From a virus (lineage: Duplodnaviria > Caudoviricetes): a stretch of 64,000 bases of DNA. Both the position numbers and the translations under genes were made by a program. The stretch lies in the IMG/VR virus record IMGVR_UViG_3300036766_002286; one strand, given 5' to 3'. The notes below the pieces were generated by a model, which was not told the DNA's origin, ran no database searches, and saw only the letters and a list, made by a program, of their open reading frames with translations. Positions 1 to 10,717 of this stretch are shown here, one piece after another (the first letter of the stretch is position 1; each line of letters starts with the position of its first letter).

Positions 1-2
1 CG

Positions 3-146
3 CCGTGTTCCAATGCGGATGTGGAACAGAGCCGAATCCAGTTGCAGGCTCTAGTGGATGCAAACACGAAACTACAAGAACAGGTTAAAGAATTGGAAGA
101 AGCAAATGCCTTCCATGTCAAAGTTAGAGAAAACTGGGGAGTGTGA
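3..146 (+). CDS. 3' end of a small coiled-coil protein (QLxAL family), cut by window edge
   Basis: Frame 3 reads PCSNADVEQSRIQLQALVDANTKLQEQVKELEE...GV-TGA, matching the QLQAL coiled-coil of the 59.5-63.2 kb paralogs; not in the ORF track. Confidence 0.6.
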   Translation, partial: PCSNADVEQSRIQLQALVDANTKLQEQVKELEEANAFHVKVRENWGV

Positions 147-147
147 A

Positions 148-579
148 ATGACTACTAGAACCACCAACCCGACCGGAAAGACCAACCTAGCAAACGCAAC
201 TCTAGCCGGTGCTGATATAGCGAATGCTATTTTATCCAAGGTCTGTTTAGCGAATGTAAATTTAGCTAATGCACAGCTCTATGGCACAGATTTTTCATAT
301 TCAGATTTATCCCATGCAGATTTTAGTGGCGCGTGCCTGTCGATTGGGTTTTCCGGTGGTATGTATTCTGATACTAGATTTGTAGGCTGTAATCTCATTG
401 GAGCCGACCTGGCGCAGATGGATCTCAGTGGGGTAAATTTTACGAATGCTAATCTAACTAATGCGGATCTCAGCGGCGCCCACCTATGGAAAACGAACTT
501 TACTAATGCCATTTTGACTAATGTTGTTCTATCTGAAGAACAAAAGAAAGGGTGTATTGGTCTTAGCGAGTCCATATAG
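148..579 (+). CDS. Pentapeptide repeat protein (CIG C-cap)
   Basis: A(D/N)Lxx repeats; ends VLSEEQKKGCIG; GGGGAG SD precedes ATG 148 (ORF track start 58 overlaps the upstream gene). Confidence 0.9.
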   Translation: MTTRTTNPTGKTNLANATLAGADIANAILSKVCLANVNLANAQLYGTDFSYSDLSHADFSGACLSIGFSGGMYSDTRFVGCNLIGADLAQMDLSGVNFTNANLTNADLSGAHLWKTNFTNAILTNVVLSEEQKKGCIGLSESI

Positions 580-814
580 TAAGAGCAATGCATAATAATA
601 TAAAATATACTAAAGCACAACAGACTTTCACCATATAAACACAACCATTAATACATCACATTGTTGGCATACCATTTATGGTATATTTGTAACTAATGTC
701 TTCGTTATGAATTCCCCTTTTATCATAATTTAAGCTTTTTATACAACCTTCTGGCGCATTTATAAAGGTCAGGCACAATATTACAAATGTCCCATACTAC
801 ACACAGGTATTTTA

Positions 815-2449
815 ATGTATCCTTATAAAAAGCAATCTATTTTAAATCTTAAAGCTGTATACTATAAACTAGTCATTTTTATACTCAGTACCTTCATTAT
901 TATTGGATCCTCTAGTCTTACAGCAGCAAGCGCCTCAGCAAGTTATAGTGGCCACGGCTACACTGCAGTCATTATCACTCGCGGTCGTCCTCAAGTTCGC
1001 ACCGTAGACGCTATTGGCGCTAATATTTTAGCCCATAAGGGATATAATGTAGCAAAAACTAAAATCTATACTCTCACAGATAACGAAATATCTCCTCCAA
1101 GTGAAAATGTCACACCAACCATTCCAGACGTCGCACCATCCGGCACCCTTGTTGCTGTTGTAGATACCGGCATTGATGACACTCATCCATGGCTTGCAAA
1201 TCGTGTAGTTTTAGGGCATTCTTTTGTTGAATATACGGATCCAGAAACTGAATGGCGTGACGAGTATGGACATGGCACACATATAGCCGGAATAATTCGC
1301 CAAGGCTACCCAGCAGTTCAGCTTATGTCCGTTAGAGTTATAAACGCATTTGGCTCTGGTACTGATGACGCTATCGCCGCTGGAATTCTTTGGGCTGTTG
1401 ATAATAATGCCAAGGTTATAAATTTAAGTCTTGGCAGTACTCAAGATTCTTATGCGATATCAAGTGCTATAACTTATGCCAAAGACCACGACATAGTGAT
1501 AGTGGCCGCAGCCGGCAATTCCGCTGAAGACGGTTCTCCAATTATGTATCCGGCTTCTGATATTAATGTACTCGCCGTAGCTGCCGTCGATGAGAATCAC
1601 GAGGTCACCTATTTCTCGAATCGAGGAACCTATGTAGATGTTGCAGCCCTAGGTTGGCAGGTTATTTCAGCTAAAATGGGCGGAGGTTTTATATCTGAAA
1701 GCGGTACTTCCATGGCCGCACCAAAAGTTGCAGCTTTAGCAGCTAATTTACGCGCACTTCACGGAACTTGGAGCGAAGCCACTGTTCGTGCCCATATCGA
1801 AGCTACAAGTACAGATCTAGCCCCCCCGGGTCCAGACTCTTCTTATGGTTTTGGAGAAATCAATTTCGTAACTGCACTAAGTACGACAGATCCTGTATCT
1901 GTCTTCGGTATGGTTCCAGCTCCAGATGAGTTATCTTTAAGTGTTGTTCCTTTTATAGGCGGAGTTACAGTCACACCATCCGTAGACGTATTAAATATGC
2001 AAATCACAGAAGCATCAACCGGCATCCCTCTTTATTCCTTAAGCTACCCTCTAGGCAGCAATGGTGATTATCGAGTGAGTTTGGCAGCTGCAACTGAGGT
2101 ACTAGTTTTCGGATCTGACCCTAGCGGCACTCCATATACCCCAGTTCGACTAATTCTCAACCCTCTTCAAGCCCGCCCGTTACGAATTACAGGAACGCTA
2201 TCAGGTTCAACGGTGAAAATACTAGCCACAGCTTATCCTACCAAAGACATCAAACGCATGGTTGTTTACATAATATATGCTTCAGGTCATTCTAAAGCAC
2301 TATCTTCTCAAAAACTCCAAAGTGTAGGTAAAACAACTATAATTATAAAAACTGTTAAAGACCAATATAAAAGCACCGGTTATCAAGCATGTCTTATCGA
2401 CTTTTCTGGACTACCCTTTAATTGCACAAAAATTATTCACACAAGGTAA
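815..2449 (+). CDS. Secreted subtilisin-like serine protease (S8)
   Basis: Catalytic triad motifs VAVVDTGID, HGTHIAG, GTSMAAP; AAAGN oxyanion motif; N-terminal hydrophobic segment. Confidence 0.93.
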   Translation: MYPYKKQSILNLKAVYYKLVIFILSTFIIIGSSSLTAASASASYSGHGYTAVIITRGRPQVRTVDAIGANILAHKGYNVAKTKIYTLTDNEISPPSENVTPTIPDVAPSGTLVAVVDTGIDDTHPWLANRVVLGHSFVEYTDPETEWRDEYGHGTHIAGIIRQGYPAVQLMSVRVINAFGSGTDDAIAAGILWAVDNNAKVINLSLGSTQDSYAISSAITYAKDHDIVIVAAAGNSAEDGSPIMYPASDINVLAVAAVDENHEVTYFSNRGTYVDVAALGWQVISAKMGGGFISESGTSMAAPKVAALAANLRALHGTWSEATVRAHIEATSTDLAPPGPDSSYGFGEINFVTALSTTDPVSVFGMVPAPDELSLSVVPFIGGVTVTPSVDVLNMQITEASTGIPLYSLSYPLGSNGDYRVSLAAATEVLVFGSDPSGTPYTPVRLILNPLQARPLRITGTLSGSTVKILATAYPTKDIKRMVVYIIYASGHSKALSSQKLQSVGKTTIIIKTVKDQYKSTGYQACLIDFSGLPFNCTKIIHTR

Positions 2450-2615
2450 CTTTCAATAGCGTTATGTTTGACCCAATATTTATGCATCAAACACAAGCAC
2501 TCATACACGCTTTGGTTAGTTCTGCATCAACCTGTCCCACCTCCCAGCAATAAATCAGCGTCACTGCATTCAGATTCAAGCCCTTACGGTATGTTACTAG
2601 TCCTCTAGGAGATTT

Positions 2616-3218
2616 ATGCCGCCAACTAATTTATCACGTACTGAAGTACTAAAGAAAATAAGTAATCATGAAAGCTTGTCTGGTTATAATCTGTCTGGTA
2701 TAGACCTTAGTCAGCTTCAATTGCCTGTGGTGGATTTTTCTAGAAGTAATCTAACCGGAGCTTTATTTTCTATGACAAATTTTAAGCAAGCTAATTTCGA
2801 AGGCGCAAATCTTAGAAGATCCAATTTCAGTCACACCAGTCTAGAAAGCGCTAATTTTGCCCACGCTGATTTGTATGGTGCTGATTTTGACAAGGCATTT
2901 TTGAACGGGGCGAATCTTAATTATGCTAACCTTAAGGGTGCTAGCATGGACGACGTATCATGCGTGCGAGCAAATTTTAGTTTTGCTAATCTTAGAGGAG
3001 CGTATCTAGTCGGCGCCAACTGCGAAAAAGCTATTTTCATCAAAGCCGATCTAACTACAGCGATGCTCGACCATACTAATCTCACTAATGCCAATCTTTC
3101 TCAAGCTATACTAGAAATAACGAGCTCCGCCAAAACCATCTTCCGCAATACTCTCATGCCAGATAATATTCTATGCAACGGAGATATATCTAGTTATGAC
3201 TATAATCACTTGAAGTGA
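2616..3218 (+). CDS. Pentapeptide repeat protein (LTR-type N-cap, MPD C-cap)
   Basis: LSRTEVLKKI start, pentapeptide core, TLMPDN end; AGGAG SD. Confidence 0.92.
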   Translation: MPPTNLSRTEVLKKISNHESLSGYNLSGIDLSQLQLPVVDFSRSNLTGALFSMTNFKQANFEGANLRRSNFSHTSLESANFAHADLYGADFDKAFLNGANLNYANLKGASMDDVSCVRANFSFANLRGAYLVGANCEKAIFIKADLTTAMLDHTNLTNANLSQAILEITSSAKTIFRNTLMPDNILCNGDISSYDYNHLK

Positions 3219-3273
3219 TAGTAGTACACTTTCGCACCTATAGTAAGGTACTCGACCCCCATCTAGGAGACTT

Positions 3274-3879
3274 ATGACCGCAGACAAACTTTCACGTCAC
3301 ACAGTTATAGAGAAACTAGACAACCATGACTGCCTAGCTGGCTATGATTTGACCGGTATTGACCTAAGCGAGCGCTGTATAGACTATGCAGATTTTTCCA
3401 ATTGCACTCTGACTGGAGCTTTATTTTCTATGACAACCTTTAAACATGTAGTTTTTAAAGGTGCAGATTTAACTAATATAAACTTCCGTGGAGCTGTTCT
3501 AGAAGCCGCAGATTTCAGTTTTTCTAAGTTAACATGCACAGATTTTCATGAAGCAAATCTAAACGGAGTTGATTTTAGCCACGCCCGTTTAGATTATGCC
3601 CGTATGGATTATGTAAAACTTAGATATAGTAATTTGAGTTATACTAACCTGACAGATACTAATCTAAAATATGCCGACTTATCACACGCAGTACTGGTTG
3701 GCGCCAATCTGGCAGATACTAATTTCTACAGAGCTAATCTAACAAGAGCTAATCTACGCGATGCACACATAACGCCTAATACAGTTTTTCATATGGTTGA
3801 TTTTACAGGCTGTATTATGCCCAATAATACCATATATAATCAAGCAGACTTCGGCGAGGACATAAATCTCTCTATGTAG
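3274..3879 (+). CDS. Pentapeptide repeat protein, paralog of 2616..3218
   Basis: Shares LTGALFSMT; ends CIMPNN; AGGAG SD. Confidence 0.92.
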   Translation: MTADKLSRHTVIEKLDNHDCLAGYDLTGIDLSERCIDYADFSNCTLTGALFSMTTFKHVVFKGADLTNINFRGAVLEAADFSFSKLTCTDFHEANLNGVDFSHARLDYARMDYVKLRYSNLSYTNLTDTNLKYADLSHAVLVGANLADTNFYRANLTRANLRDAHITPNTVFHMVDFTGCIMPNNTIYNQADFGEDINLSM

Positions 3880-3904
3880 AAGTCAGCCTCACGTATCTCA
3901 ATAT

Positions 3905-4447
3905 TTAGAACAAATGTTTTGTAGCAGCCGTAATTTCATCCACATCGCGCAAAGCGTCTCGCAGTTTATTAAAAGTATCATAACTTTCTCTAAATTTCGG
4001 ACCTAATGTGCCTTTCAGGCTACCAGGATCTAGGGTAAGCGCTTCCATTAATTCTTCCATGTTTATATTCTGTTCCTGATCAGCTCTAGCATTATTAAAG
4101 GCTTCGCTTGCCTTAGCTGCAATGGCTGTGTACCTGTTTATTTCTAACAAAGCTTCATCTGCTGTTCGAATAGTTTTACTTTTTTTCAAAATATCATGGT
4201 TCGTTAAAGGAAATAAATGTATAGTATTTGCTGTATGAATACTAAGAACATCTGCAGCGACCACTGCCGCTGTCATGTCTAATTCGGCCTGCTTTCTTTT
4301 TTCTTCCTCTAAGTCACTTCCCATTGACTTTATAAAAGCAAGTCTGCTAGCTATTGCTATACCACTGACTTTATTACACTCAGCAAGGAGTTCGTCAGTT
4401 TTTTTACTTGCTGCCTCTCTTTCTTTCTGTTTTTTAAACATACCCAT
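3905..4447 (-). CDS. Hypothetical helical protein (KHLF family)
   Basis: Paralog of 4533..5051: HLFP, SKTIRTAxEALL and DVDEITxATKHLF shared; GGAG SD. Confidence 0.8.
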   Translation of the reverse strand: MGMFKKQKEREAASKKTDELLAECNKVSGIAIASRLAFIKSMGSDLEEEKRKQAELDMTAAVVAADVLSIHTANTIHLFPLTNHDILKKSKTIRTADEALLEINRYTAIAAKASEAFNNARADQEQNINMEELMEALTLDPGSLKGTLGPKFRESYDTFNKLRDALRDVDEITAATKHLF

Positions 4448-4532
4448 AATTGATGCTCCTCAGCTGTTTAATTTCTACAATCCTATATCATTATAGCAGT
4501 TTCATAATTTATGTCTTCTAGTAACCAAGTCT

Positions 4533-5051
4533 TTAAAATAAATGTTTGGTGGCTAATGTAATTTCATCCACGTCACACATAGCATAAAGAAATGCTGTTT
4601 TGTCTATTCTAAGTTTCTCAACTTTTTCCACAACTTCAGGCGAGTTTTCGTCTAAACCATCTCTTATCGCAGTCGTTACCGCCACCGCACTTGAAGTAGA
4701 TATTTCAGACAACTCGGCTGCGATTCTTAGATAGGAATTTATCGCGAGCAGGGCTTCCTCAGCTGTTCTAATAGTTTTACTTTCTTTCAAAATATTCAAA
4801 TTTTCTATAGGAAACAAATGTCTCGTTGCATCTACGTGCAGTGACAGAGCATCTACGGCCATACTATATATCTCCCAATTTCGCTCATATTCTATGGCTC
4901 TGGCATACTCGATGTCCGTTCCGACCGATTTTTCCCATTCTAGCTTACTTTTCCGTTCGAGTATAGAAGTGCTATCTATAACATCATTTAATCTCCAAAA
5001 CTCAAGGTCCGCCTCTCTTTTTTCTTTCGTCTTTTTAAATATATTCGCCAT
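4533..5051 (-). CDS. Hypothetical helical protein (KHLF family)
   Basis: Paralog of 3905..4447; GGAGG SD. Confidence 0.8.
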   Translation of the reverse strand: MANIFKKTKEKREADLEFWRLNDVIDSTSILERKSKLEWEKSVGTDIEYARAIEYERNWEIYSMAVDALSLHVDATRHLFPIENLNILKESKTIRTAEEALLAINSYLRIAAELSEISTSSAVAVTTAIRDGLDENSPEVVEKVEKLRIDKTAFLYAMCDVDEITLATKHLF

Positions 5052-5225
5052 AAAATACCTCCAATTATGCTATAGCTAGGGCATTACTCTTTACTATTAA
5101 GGCGCTTGTTTTATAGCAAACAACTCTTGGTTGCTATTAAATATCTAATGTATCTATAAAACCGACTCGGCTTCCTTGCATGCAGTCTATTCTTCAGTAC
5201 AATTAAACATAACAAAGGAGCTCAA

Positions 5226-5636
5226 ATGAAAAAGGAAACTAAGAAAACCAAGAAAACTAAGTCTACTAAAGTATCCAAACCACACCCCCAAATTCGCTCA
5301 TCAGATGTTATATCCTATGAAGATTGTCTAGGTCTTCCTATGGATCTTGTACGCACCGATTCTCAAAAAGACAAAGATTTTGAAAGCGCAGACCTTTCAG
5401 ACCTAGATTTGTCAGACATCGATTTCAGAGGCGCAAAGTTTATGAATGCCAATCTATACAACTCAGATCTATCTGGTTGCGATTTCACCAAAGCTGATCT
5501 CAGATATGCAGATCTTAACTATACTAATTTGACTGGCGCAAATTTAACTAAAGCTAACTTGTCTTTTGCTGATTTAGAGAATATTACTTTAACTGGGGCT
5601 CTTCTAACCGGCGTAGTAGGGATGAATAAGCAATAA
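5226..5636 (+). CDS. Pentapeptide repeat protein with Lys-rich N-terminus
   Basis: [11 protein letters not shown] leader then ADLS/ANLT repeats; AAGGAG SD. Confidence 0.9.
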   Translation: MKKETKKTKKTKSTKVSKPHPQIRSSDVISYEDCLGLPMDLVRTDSQKDKDFESADLSDLDLSDIDFRGAKFMNANLYNSDLSGCDFTKADLRYADLNYTNLTGANLTKANLSFADLENITLTGALLTGVVGMNKQ

Positions 5637-5652
5637 ATTTAAATTCATGATC

Positions 5653-5682
5653 TTGACGTGCCACATCAAGCCTTTATAGTAT
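5653..5682 (+). promoter_or_regulatory. Putative sigma70-type promoter (example of the recurring CTTG...AGTA motif)
   Basis: TTGACG, then TATAGT/TAGTAT 16-18 bp downstream, ahead of the AAGGAG SD of 5704. Confidence 0.5.
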
Positions 5683-5703
5683 CCCATATCCAAGGAGCAC
5701 TAA

Positions 5704-6441
5704 ATGGAACCAATAAACTACATCGACAAAAATGGTAATCAGGCAATTTTAGATCCGTCTACGTCCTGGAGAAATATAAATCTCAATGGTGCTGATTTTT
5801 CGAGAGCAGATTTGACCGCCGCAGATTTCACATACGGGGATCTTACTAGTGTAGATTTTTCTAAAGCAAAACTCACCTTCGCCATTTTTACTGAAAGCGA
5901 CCTAACTGGTGCAAATTTATATATGGCTGTTCTTACTAATGCACACATGTTCGGAGCCGATATGTCAAAAGCCAATCTTACGAATGCACTTCTAATAGGA
6001 GCTAATCTACACATGGCCACTCTCTCCCAGGCTGATTTGACTGACGCTAATCTAAGCACAGCAGATCTATCGCAAGCACAGTTGGTTCATGCTAATTTAA
6101 CCAATGCCTGTTTATCTAAAACAATCCTAAATAGGACCATTTTGTATTCAGCAAATCTGACAAACGCGAATTTAAGTTTTGCCGATTTCACTGACGCAGA
6201 ACTTAATTTAGCCAATCTCACGGGGGCAAACCTTAAAAAAACAAACTTTGAAGGAGCCGACCTCACCGGGGCAATCTTTGATGAAAACGCCCTAGTTGGG
6301 CTGAATTTAACAAACGCAACCATGCCTAACGGATCAAAGTATATCAGTGCCCTAACCTCAGAAACCGCTGCCGAAAAATATAATCGGGAAGCAGACGAAC
6401 TTTTAGCAACATTTGGTCTGTCTCCTAAAGATAATAAATGA
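5704..6441 (+). CDS. Pentapeptide repeat protein (YID N-cap, MPNG C-cap)
   Basis: INYIDKNG start, long repeat core, ATMPNG plus helical tail. Confidence 0.93.
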   Translation: MEPINYIDKNGNQAILDPSTSWRNINLNGADFSRADLTAADFTYGDLTSVDFSKAKLTFAIFTESDLTGANLYMAVLTNAHMFGADMSKANLTNALLIGANLHMATLSQADLTDANLSTADLSQAQLVHANLTNACLSKTILNRTILYSANLTNANLSFADFTDAELNLANLTGANLKKTNFEGADLTGAIFDENALVGLNLTNATMPNGSKYISALTSETAAEKYNREADELLATFGLSPKDNK

Positions 6442-6469
6442 AGTTATAGCTTTAGCCAACTAAGAAATG

Positions 6470-8035
6470 TTACAAACTGACCGCAGCAGTTAGCAAGTCA
6501 CCTAAATTTCCGCTCCAGTTTTCTCCAAGCGTACGAAAACACTCCCAATGCGCTATATTGCTCCCAAGCTGTTCTACTATCAACTCCCCAAGATTTGAAT
6601 TAATTGATTGTTTTTTGTCGTCTAGTAACCATATACTGCGTTCTATGAGATTCCATGGGAGCAGTTTTAACAGGTCATTGCTTAAAGGCGCTCCTATTAT
6701 ACTTGCATCACGGTATTCCCCGCTTACATTTTTACCTTTTAACTGCAATACATGATTATCAACCACTTCACTGACCATTTTTGCAAGTAACTTAGGTGCA
6801 ACGGTAGCGAACCTCCAACATGCTATAGGCATTGTATGATTAGCATCCCATAAACAGGAAATAATATATGCATCCCCTGTTTCAGCAACGCTGCGCACAA
6901 CAGCGTCTCGCCCCATACACCTATATGCTCTAGCTAGTAGTTGCTTGTCTGCTAGTAAGGTCTTATTTTTAAGTAAACCACTTAAAGTATCTTGTACAAA
7001 CCAGCTTTCTTGTGGAAAGCTGCGTCCCTCAATAGAAAATAGTAGTTTTTCTATTTGCTTTTTTGAGGCTTTACTAGCTTCTTTGTTTCGGGAAGAAAGC
7101 GTTAAAGACAGATTATAGTTAGGTATTATTGTAAGTAAACTATACAAGGCATCTGGCATATTCCCATAATGCGCGCTATTAATAAACAAATATTCTTGTG
7201 AGATTTTTACACTCAGCATATCAATAATCTCATCAGAACAGCCGTCTAGTTTAATAATATCTACTAACAAATTAACAATATTTCTAAAAGGGGAGTTGTA
7301 TGAATAGCTATCTACATTTTCACCAGATTCTGCTTTTAGACGTGCGCGATAAATCCATCCCATAATATAATCCACTAACTCAAACAATTCGCTAGGCGCA
7401 ACAGATCTTATATCTATTAACTCAACTACATCAAATATATTATTAGTATCAAGTAATTCCACAAATTCTAGCAAACGCTTATCTGCTTTATTTAAAGCCT
7501 CCACAATCCCCTTTTTCTCTTTCAAGGCTATTCGCGCACTACCGAATAAGATTAGACGCACGGCACTAGCGTCTTCTTTGTTAAGATGCTTTATACAAAC
7601 TGTAATAATATCAATGTCAGATATCTCGCTATTTAGGACAGCTGTTGCAAGTAACTTGGTAGGTTTGTCTTTCATTTGTCGTACTATTGCATCTAAAATA
7701 TTCGCGTCATTTCGACCTAGGTTAGCTAACTGAGCTAACACCGCCGAACGTTTCTCGGTAATTAGAAGCTCAAATTTATCAGGAACATCATGCCTCTGCA
7801 GGTAAGCAATTCTAATTTCGCCCTTGTTCATCGCTCTAGCTTGCTGTAAGCATGTTTCTGGTAGATGGGGCGCTTGTAACATCTTAACTAAAGTAGTTGT
7901 ATCATGCACGGAGCTAGCCATATACCACACTTTTTCAGCCACAGTACAACTATTCTCATTTAGAATATTGCCACTCGCAGCTATAAAAAGTGCTTCTAGC
8001 ACCCCTGTTTTGGTCATTTTTCTAGAGTGGTACAT
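6470..8035 (-). CDS. Hypothetical alpha-helical protein (~500-aa family with WExFxxL...G.L..LL C-terminus)
   Basis: 521-aa ORF; shares RIAYL, EKRS, KPTKLLATA and the C-terminal motif with 12982..14457. Confidence 0.8.
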   Translation of the reverse strand: MYHSRKMTKTGVLEALFIAASGNILNENSCTVAEKVWYMASSVHDTTTLVKMLQAPHLPETCLQQARAMNKGEIRIAYLQRHDVPDKFELLITEKRSAVLAQLANLGRNDANILDAIVRQMKDKPTKLLATAVLNSEISDIDIITVCIKHLNKEDASAVRLILFGSARIALKEKKGIVEALNKADKRLLEFVELLDTNNIFDVVELIDIRSVAPSELFELVDYIMGWIYRARLKAESGENVDSYSYNSPFRNIVNLLVDIIKLDGCSDEIIDMLSVKISQEYLFINSAHYGNMPDALYSLLTIIPNYNLSLTLSSRNKEASKASKKQIEKLLFSIEGRSFPQESWFVQDTLSGLLKNKTLLADKQLLARAYRCMGRDAVVRSVAETGDAYIISCLWDANHTMPIACWRFATVAPKLLAKMVSEVVDNHVLQLKGKNVSGEYRDASIIGAPLSNDLLKLLPWNLIERSIWLLDDKKQSINSNLGELIVEQLGSNIAHWECFRTLGENWSGNLGDLLTAAVSL

Positions 8036-8188
8036 AAGTTCCTAACTATTTAATCGCCAATCGCTCTACTACTATTGTGCCGAGCTTCTTATATCCCAGC
8101 ATACAAGGTCAGCTTCCTTGGCTACTTTGAACAGCGCCAATAGTAATTTTAAGAAGGTCTATATGACTAGTGTCACAAGGAGTTCTTT

Positions 8189-8653
8189 ATGCAAAAAGAT
8201 ATTGAATATACTACAAAAGCAGGCAGAGTAATTAAGTGTAATTGGCGCGATTCTTTTGAAGGTAAAGATTTAAGTGGTATTACTATAGCCCCAGGTACTG
8301 ATTTAAGTGGTATCTATGCCCCCAATATCAAGCTATCTCAAGCTACTCTAGCCGGTTGTAATTTTCGGGGAGCAGTCTTAATCGGCGCCAGTTTTAATGA
8401 CGCAAATCTTAAAGATACAAATCTTAAAGATGCAAATCTTGCACAAGCCAATCTTCGCGCAGCCGACCTTAGAGGAGCTGATTTACGACACGCCAAGCTG
8501 CGGGACGCAGATCTTTGCGCAGCTCAACTAGCGGGCGCCTGTTTAACCGGCGCCGATCTGTCAGAAGCAAATCTAGCCAATGCCCACGGATTGACATCAA
8601 GTGTTCTTGGCGCTATTCTAAAGGATTTATTCTTCTTTACAAAACGCCACTAA
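8189..8653 (+). CDS. Pentapeptide repeat protein
   Basis: IEYTTKAG N-cap variant, ADLR repeats; AAGGAG SD. Confidence 0.9.
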   Translation: MQKDIEYTTKAGRVIKCNWRDSFEGKDLSGITIAPGTDLSGIYAPNIKLSQATLAGCNFRGAVLIGASFNDANLKDTNLKDANLAQANLRAADLRGADLRHAKLRDADLCAAQLAGACLTGADLSEANLANAHGLTSSVLGAILKDLFFFTKRH

Positions 8654-8782
8654 AGCCGGAATTATAAGAATATAACAGCAATTTTATCCAACAGAATTTT
8701 ATACTCTAAAGCAAGGTTTGTGTCATACTTTTCCGCCCCAACAGTATCTTGTAGTATAAGTCTATTAAAGGAGACCTGTTTT

Positions 8783-8974
8783 ATGACATTTTTGAAATCT
8801 GGAGAGATGGTATGTGATCAGTGTCTGGAAGATGGCACAGTTACACCTACCCCTGTTGTTAGCGGCAATGGCGTCGCAACTTGTGAAAAACATCTACGCG
8901 CAGATATGACAGCTAAAGGATGGCTACTTCCAGACGGATCTCTACCTATAGACGAGCCCAAAGAGGGAGAATAG
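8783..8974 (+). CDS. Small putative zinc-binding protein
   Basis: AAGGAG SD before ATG 8783; CDQC...CEKH. Confidence 0.65.
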   Translation: MTFLKSGEMVCDQCLEDGTVTPTPVVSGNGVATCEKHLRADMTAKGWLLPDGSLPIDEPKEGE

Positions 8975-8976
8975 CT

Positions 8977-9387
8977 ATGAGAGATAATGTAAAATATACA
9001 CGCCACGGCAAGTCTCGCGAACTTGTCTGGGGGAAGTCGTGGAAAGGTATAGATTTGACTTATGCAGATTTTACTAATGCCGATCTTTGCGCTGCTAGTT
9101 TTCACGGTGCTAATCTTTTGGGTATCAACTTGCGTGGCGCCAATTTAAATGCAGCTGATTTGCGTTTTACAGATTTATGCGCAGCCAACTTACGCGAAGC
9201 CCAGCTACGCCACGCCGAGCTAAATGGTGCCGATTTGCGCGCAGCAAGCTTAGATAACGCTGATTTATATGCTGCTGAGTTATTGGGTACTAATCTTACG
9301 AATGCATACGTGACCAACGCGGTATTCTCAGATCAACAGAAACAAGAAAGTATTAATTATAACAAAACAATACCAAGAGGAGAATAG
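8977..9387 (+). CDS. Pentapeptide repeat protein (Y-type N-cap, QQKQESI C-cap variant)
   Basis: NVKYTRHG...LVWGKSW start after GGAG SD; pentapeptide core. Confidence 0.9.
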   Translation: MRDNVKYTRHGKSRELVWGKSWKGIDLTYADFTNADLCAASFHGANLLGINLRGANLNAADLRFTDLCAANLREAQLRHAELNGADLRAASLDNADLYAAELLGTNLTNAYVTNAVFSDQQKQESINYNKTIPRGE

Positions 9388-9389
9388 CT

Positions 9390-9746
9390 ATGCCACCATA
9401 TAAAGCCCCCAGTAAAATTCAACCCAAAGATCATGCTGAGCATAAAATGCAAGAAGCCCTTAATGGGCCATATAGTTTAATTATACCGCTTCAAAATGCC
9501 AGGCATGCTTGGATTCATCATCCAGGTACCGCCAAAACTCTCCATGTTGCAACCAATTCTCCCCGGTTTCATGAAATATTGAATGAACTTACCTCATTAG
9601 GTCTAGGTGTTAGAATAAACCACGAACTTAAAGCTCTTAGTTTATCAGATCCTAAGTGGTTACCTATATTCGAAGAATGGACAGCAACCCAGCCACAAGC
9701 TGACCTCGTCGAAGATGAATTAGCCACTCCCGCAAGTAGCGAATAA
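9390..9746 (+). CDS. Hypothetical protein
   Basis: 118-aa ORF with GAGGAG SD, co-oriented in an operon. Confidence 0.7.
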   Translation: MPPYKAPSKIQPKDHAEHKMQEALNGPYSLIIPLQNARHAWIHHPGTAKTLHVATNSPRFHEILNELTSLGLGVRINHELKALSLSDPKWLPIFEEWTATQPQADLVEDELATPASSE

Positions 9747-9765
9747 ATCTAAAGGCACGCCCACA

Positions 9766-10029
9766 ATGACCGGTGAGACACTTCCAGATTGTTATAAATG
9801 TATTCATCGCAGAACAATACCCGGCGATGCCCATATACGTTGCAACAACATGGTAGCAACTAATGTTACAGGCAATGCGCACGGCACAAGTCTCGGCTGG
9901 TTTCGCTGGCCGTTAAATTTTGATCCCACGTGGCTCGAGACTTGTGATGGGTTCTCAGATAATCAACTAGACAACCTTCCAGACATAAAAATGAGTCCGC
10001 TCATGGAACTTTGGGGAATGTTACGATGA
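9766..10029 (+). CDS. Small Cys/His-rich phage-type hypothetical protein
   Basis: CYKC...PGDAHIRC...GWFRWPLNFDPTWL..CDGF, a pattern I recognise from phage hypotheticals. Confidence 0.7.
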   Translation: MTGETLPDCYKCIHRRTIPGDAHIRCNNMVATNVTGNAHGTSLGWFRWPLNFDPTWLETCDGFSDNQLDNLPDIKMSPLMELWGMLR

Positions 10030-10334
10030 CCACTTCTGTAAATTCTACAAAAGAAATAGTTGCCTACAAAACTGACAATTTTCATGTGATGTGCGCAGCC
10101 TGCGCAGCCCCATATATCGGCACGCAACTAGACACGCTTGTGGATGCTAATAAAGAAATTGACGACCCGACCAGGCACTTACATATAGCGAAGGTTGAAC
10201 TTGCTCCAGTAAAAGCAAGCGAATTGCTAGATGGGCAAATATGTTGTGCCTGTGCACAAATCGTTGTTCTAGCTAATATTATAAATGCCCGCCGCCATCA
10301 CCATTCAACAAATCGCCCCAATAATGTACTTTAA
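10026..10334 (+). CDS. Hypothetical protein with two CxxC pairs
   Basis: ATGA overlap with the upstream gene; CAAC and CCAC. Confidence 0.6.
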   Translation: MTTSVNSTKEIVAYKTDNFHVMCAACAAPYIGTQLDTLVDANKEIDDPTRHLHIAKVELAPVKASELLDGQICCACAQIVVLANIINARRHHHSTNRPNNVL

Positions 10335-10349
10335 TCAAGGAGACAACTA

Positions 10350-10400
10350 GTGGACATTATTTACATTAATCGCGATGGCAAAAGCGCCACAATTGAGTAA
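10350..10400 (+). pseudogene. Isolated PRP N-cap stub
   Basis: AAGGAG SD + GTG; VDIIYINRDGKSATIE-stop resembles the start of 10881 (MDITYKDYNGKTQT). Confidence 0.6.
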
Positions 10401-10426
10401 TTAATAAAATAACCAGGAGGTTAAAA

Positions 10427-10717
10427 ATGTCTGAACGAAAAATTCATCCATATTATGATAGAGCGCGAGATTTAGTAGATAAAGCTAATGAGCTGGGTGT
10501 GATAGCAAGAGCGAGTAAACAAGAGGCTAAGGACGCTTACCAGACAGATAAAAAAGGAATGGATAAAAATCGCTTACAAAAAGCTAAAGAAAAAGCTGAA
10601 CAGGACGAAAAGATATTTCTAGAAGCTGTAGGTCTCGCAGATGAGGCCATTGACGACCTGAAATATCTTATTTTTGTAGGCAGGCCAAAAAATGGCAAAT
10701 ATGTGATGGGTACGTGA
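10427..10717 (+). CDS. Hypothetical helical protein
   Basis: AGGAGG SD; 96 aa, charged helix. Confidence 0.75.
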   Translation: MSERKIHPYYDRARDLVDKANELGVIARASKQEAKDAYQTDKKGMDKNRLQKAKEKAEQDEKIFLEAVGLADEAIDDLKYLIFVGRPKNGKYVMGT

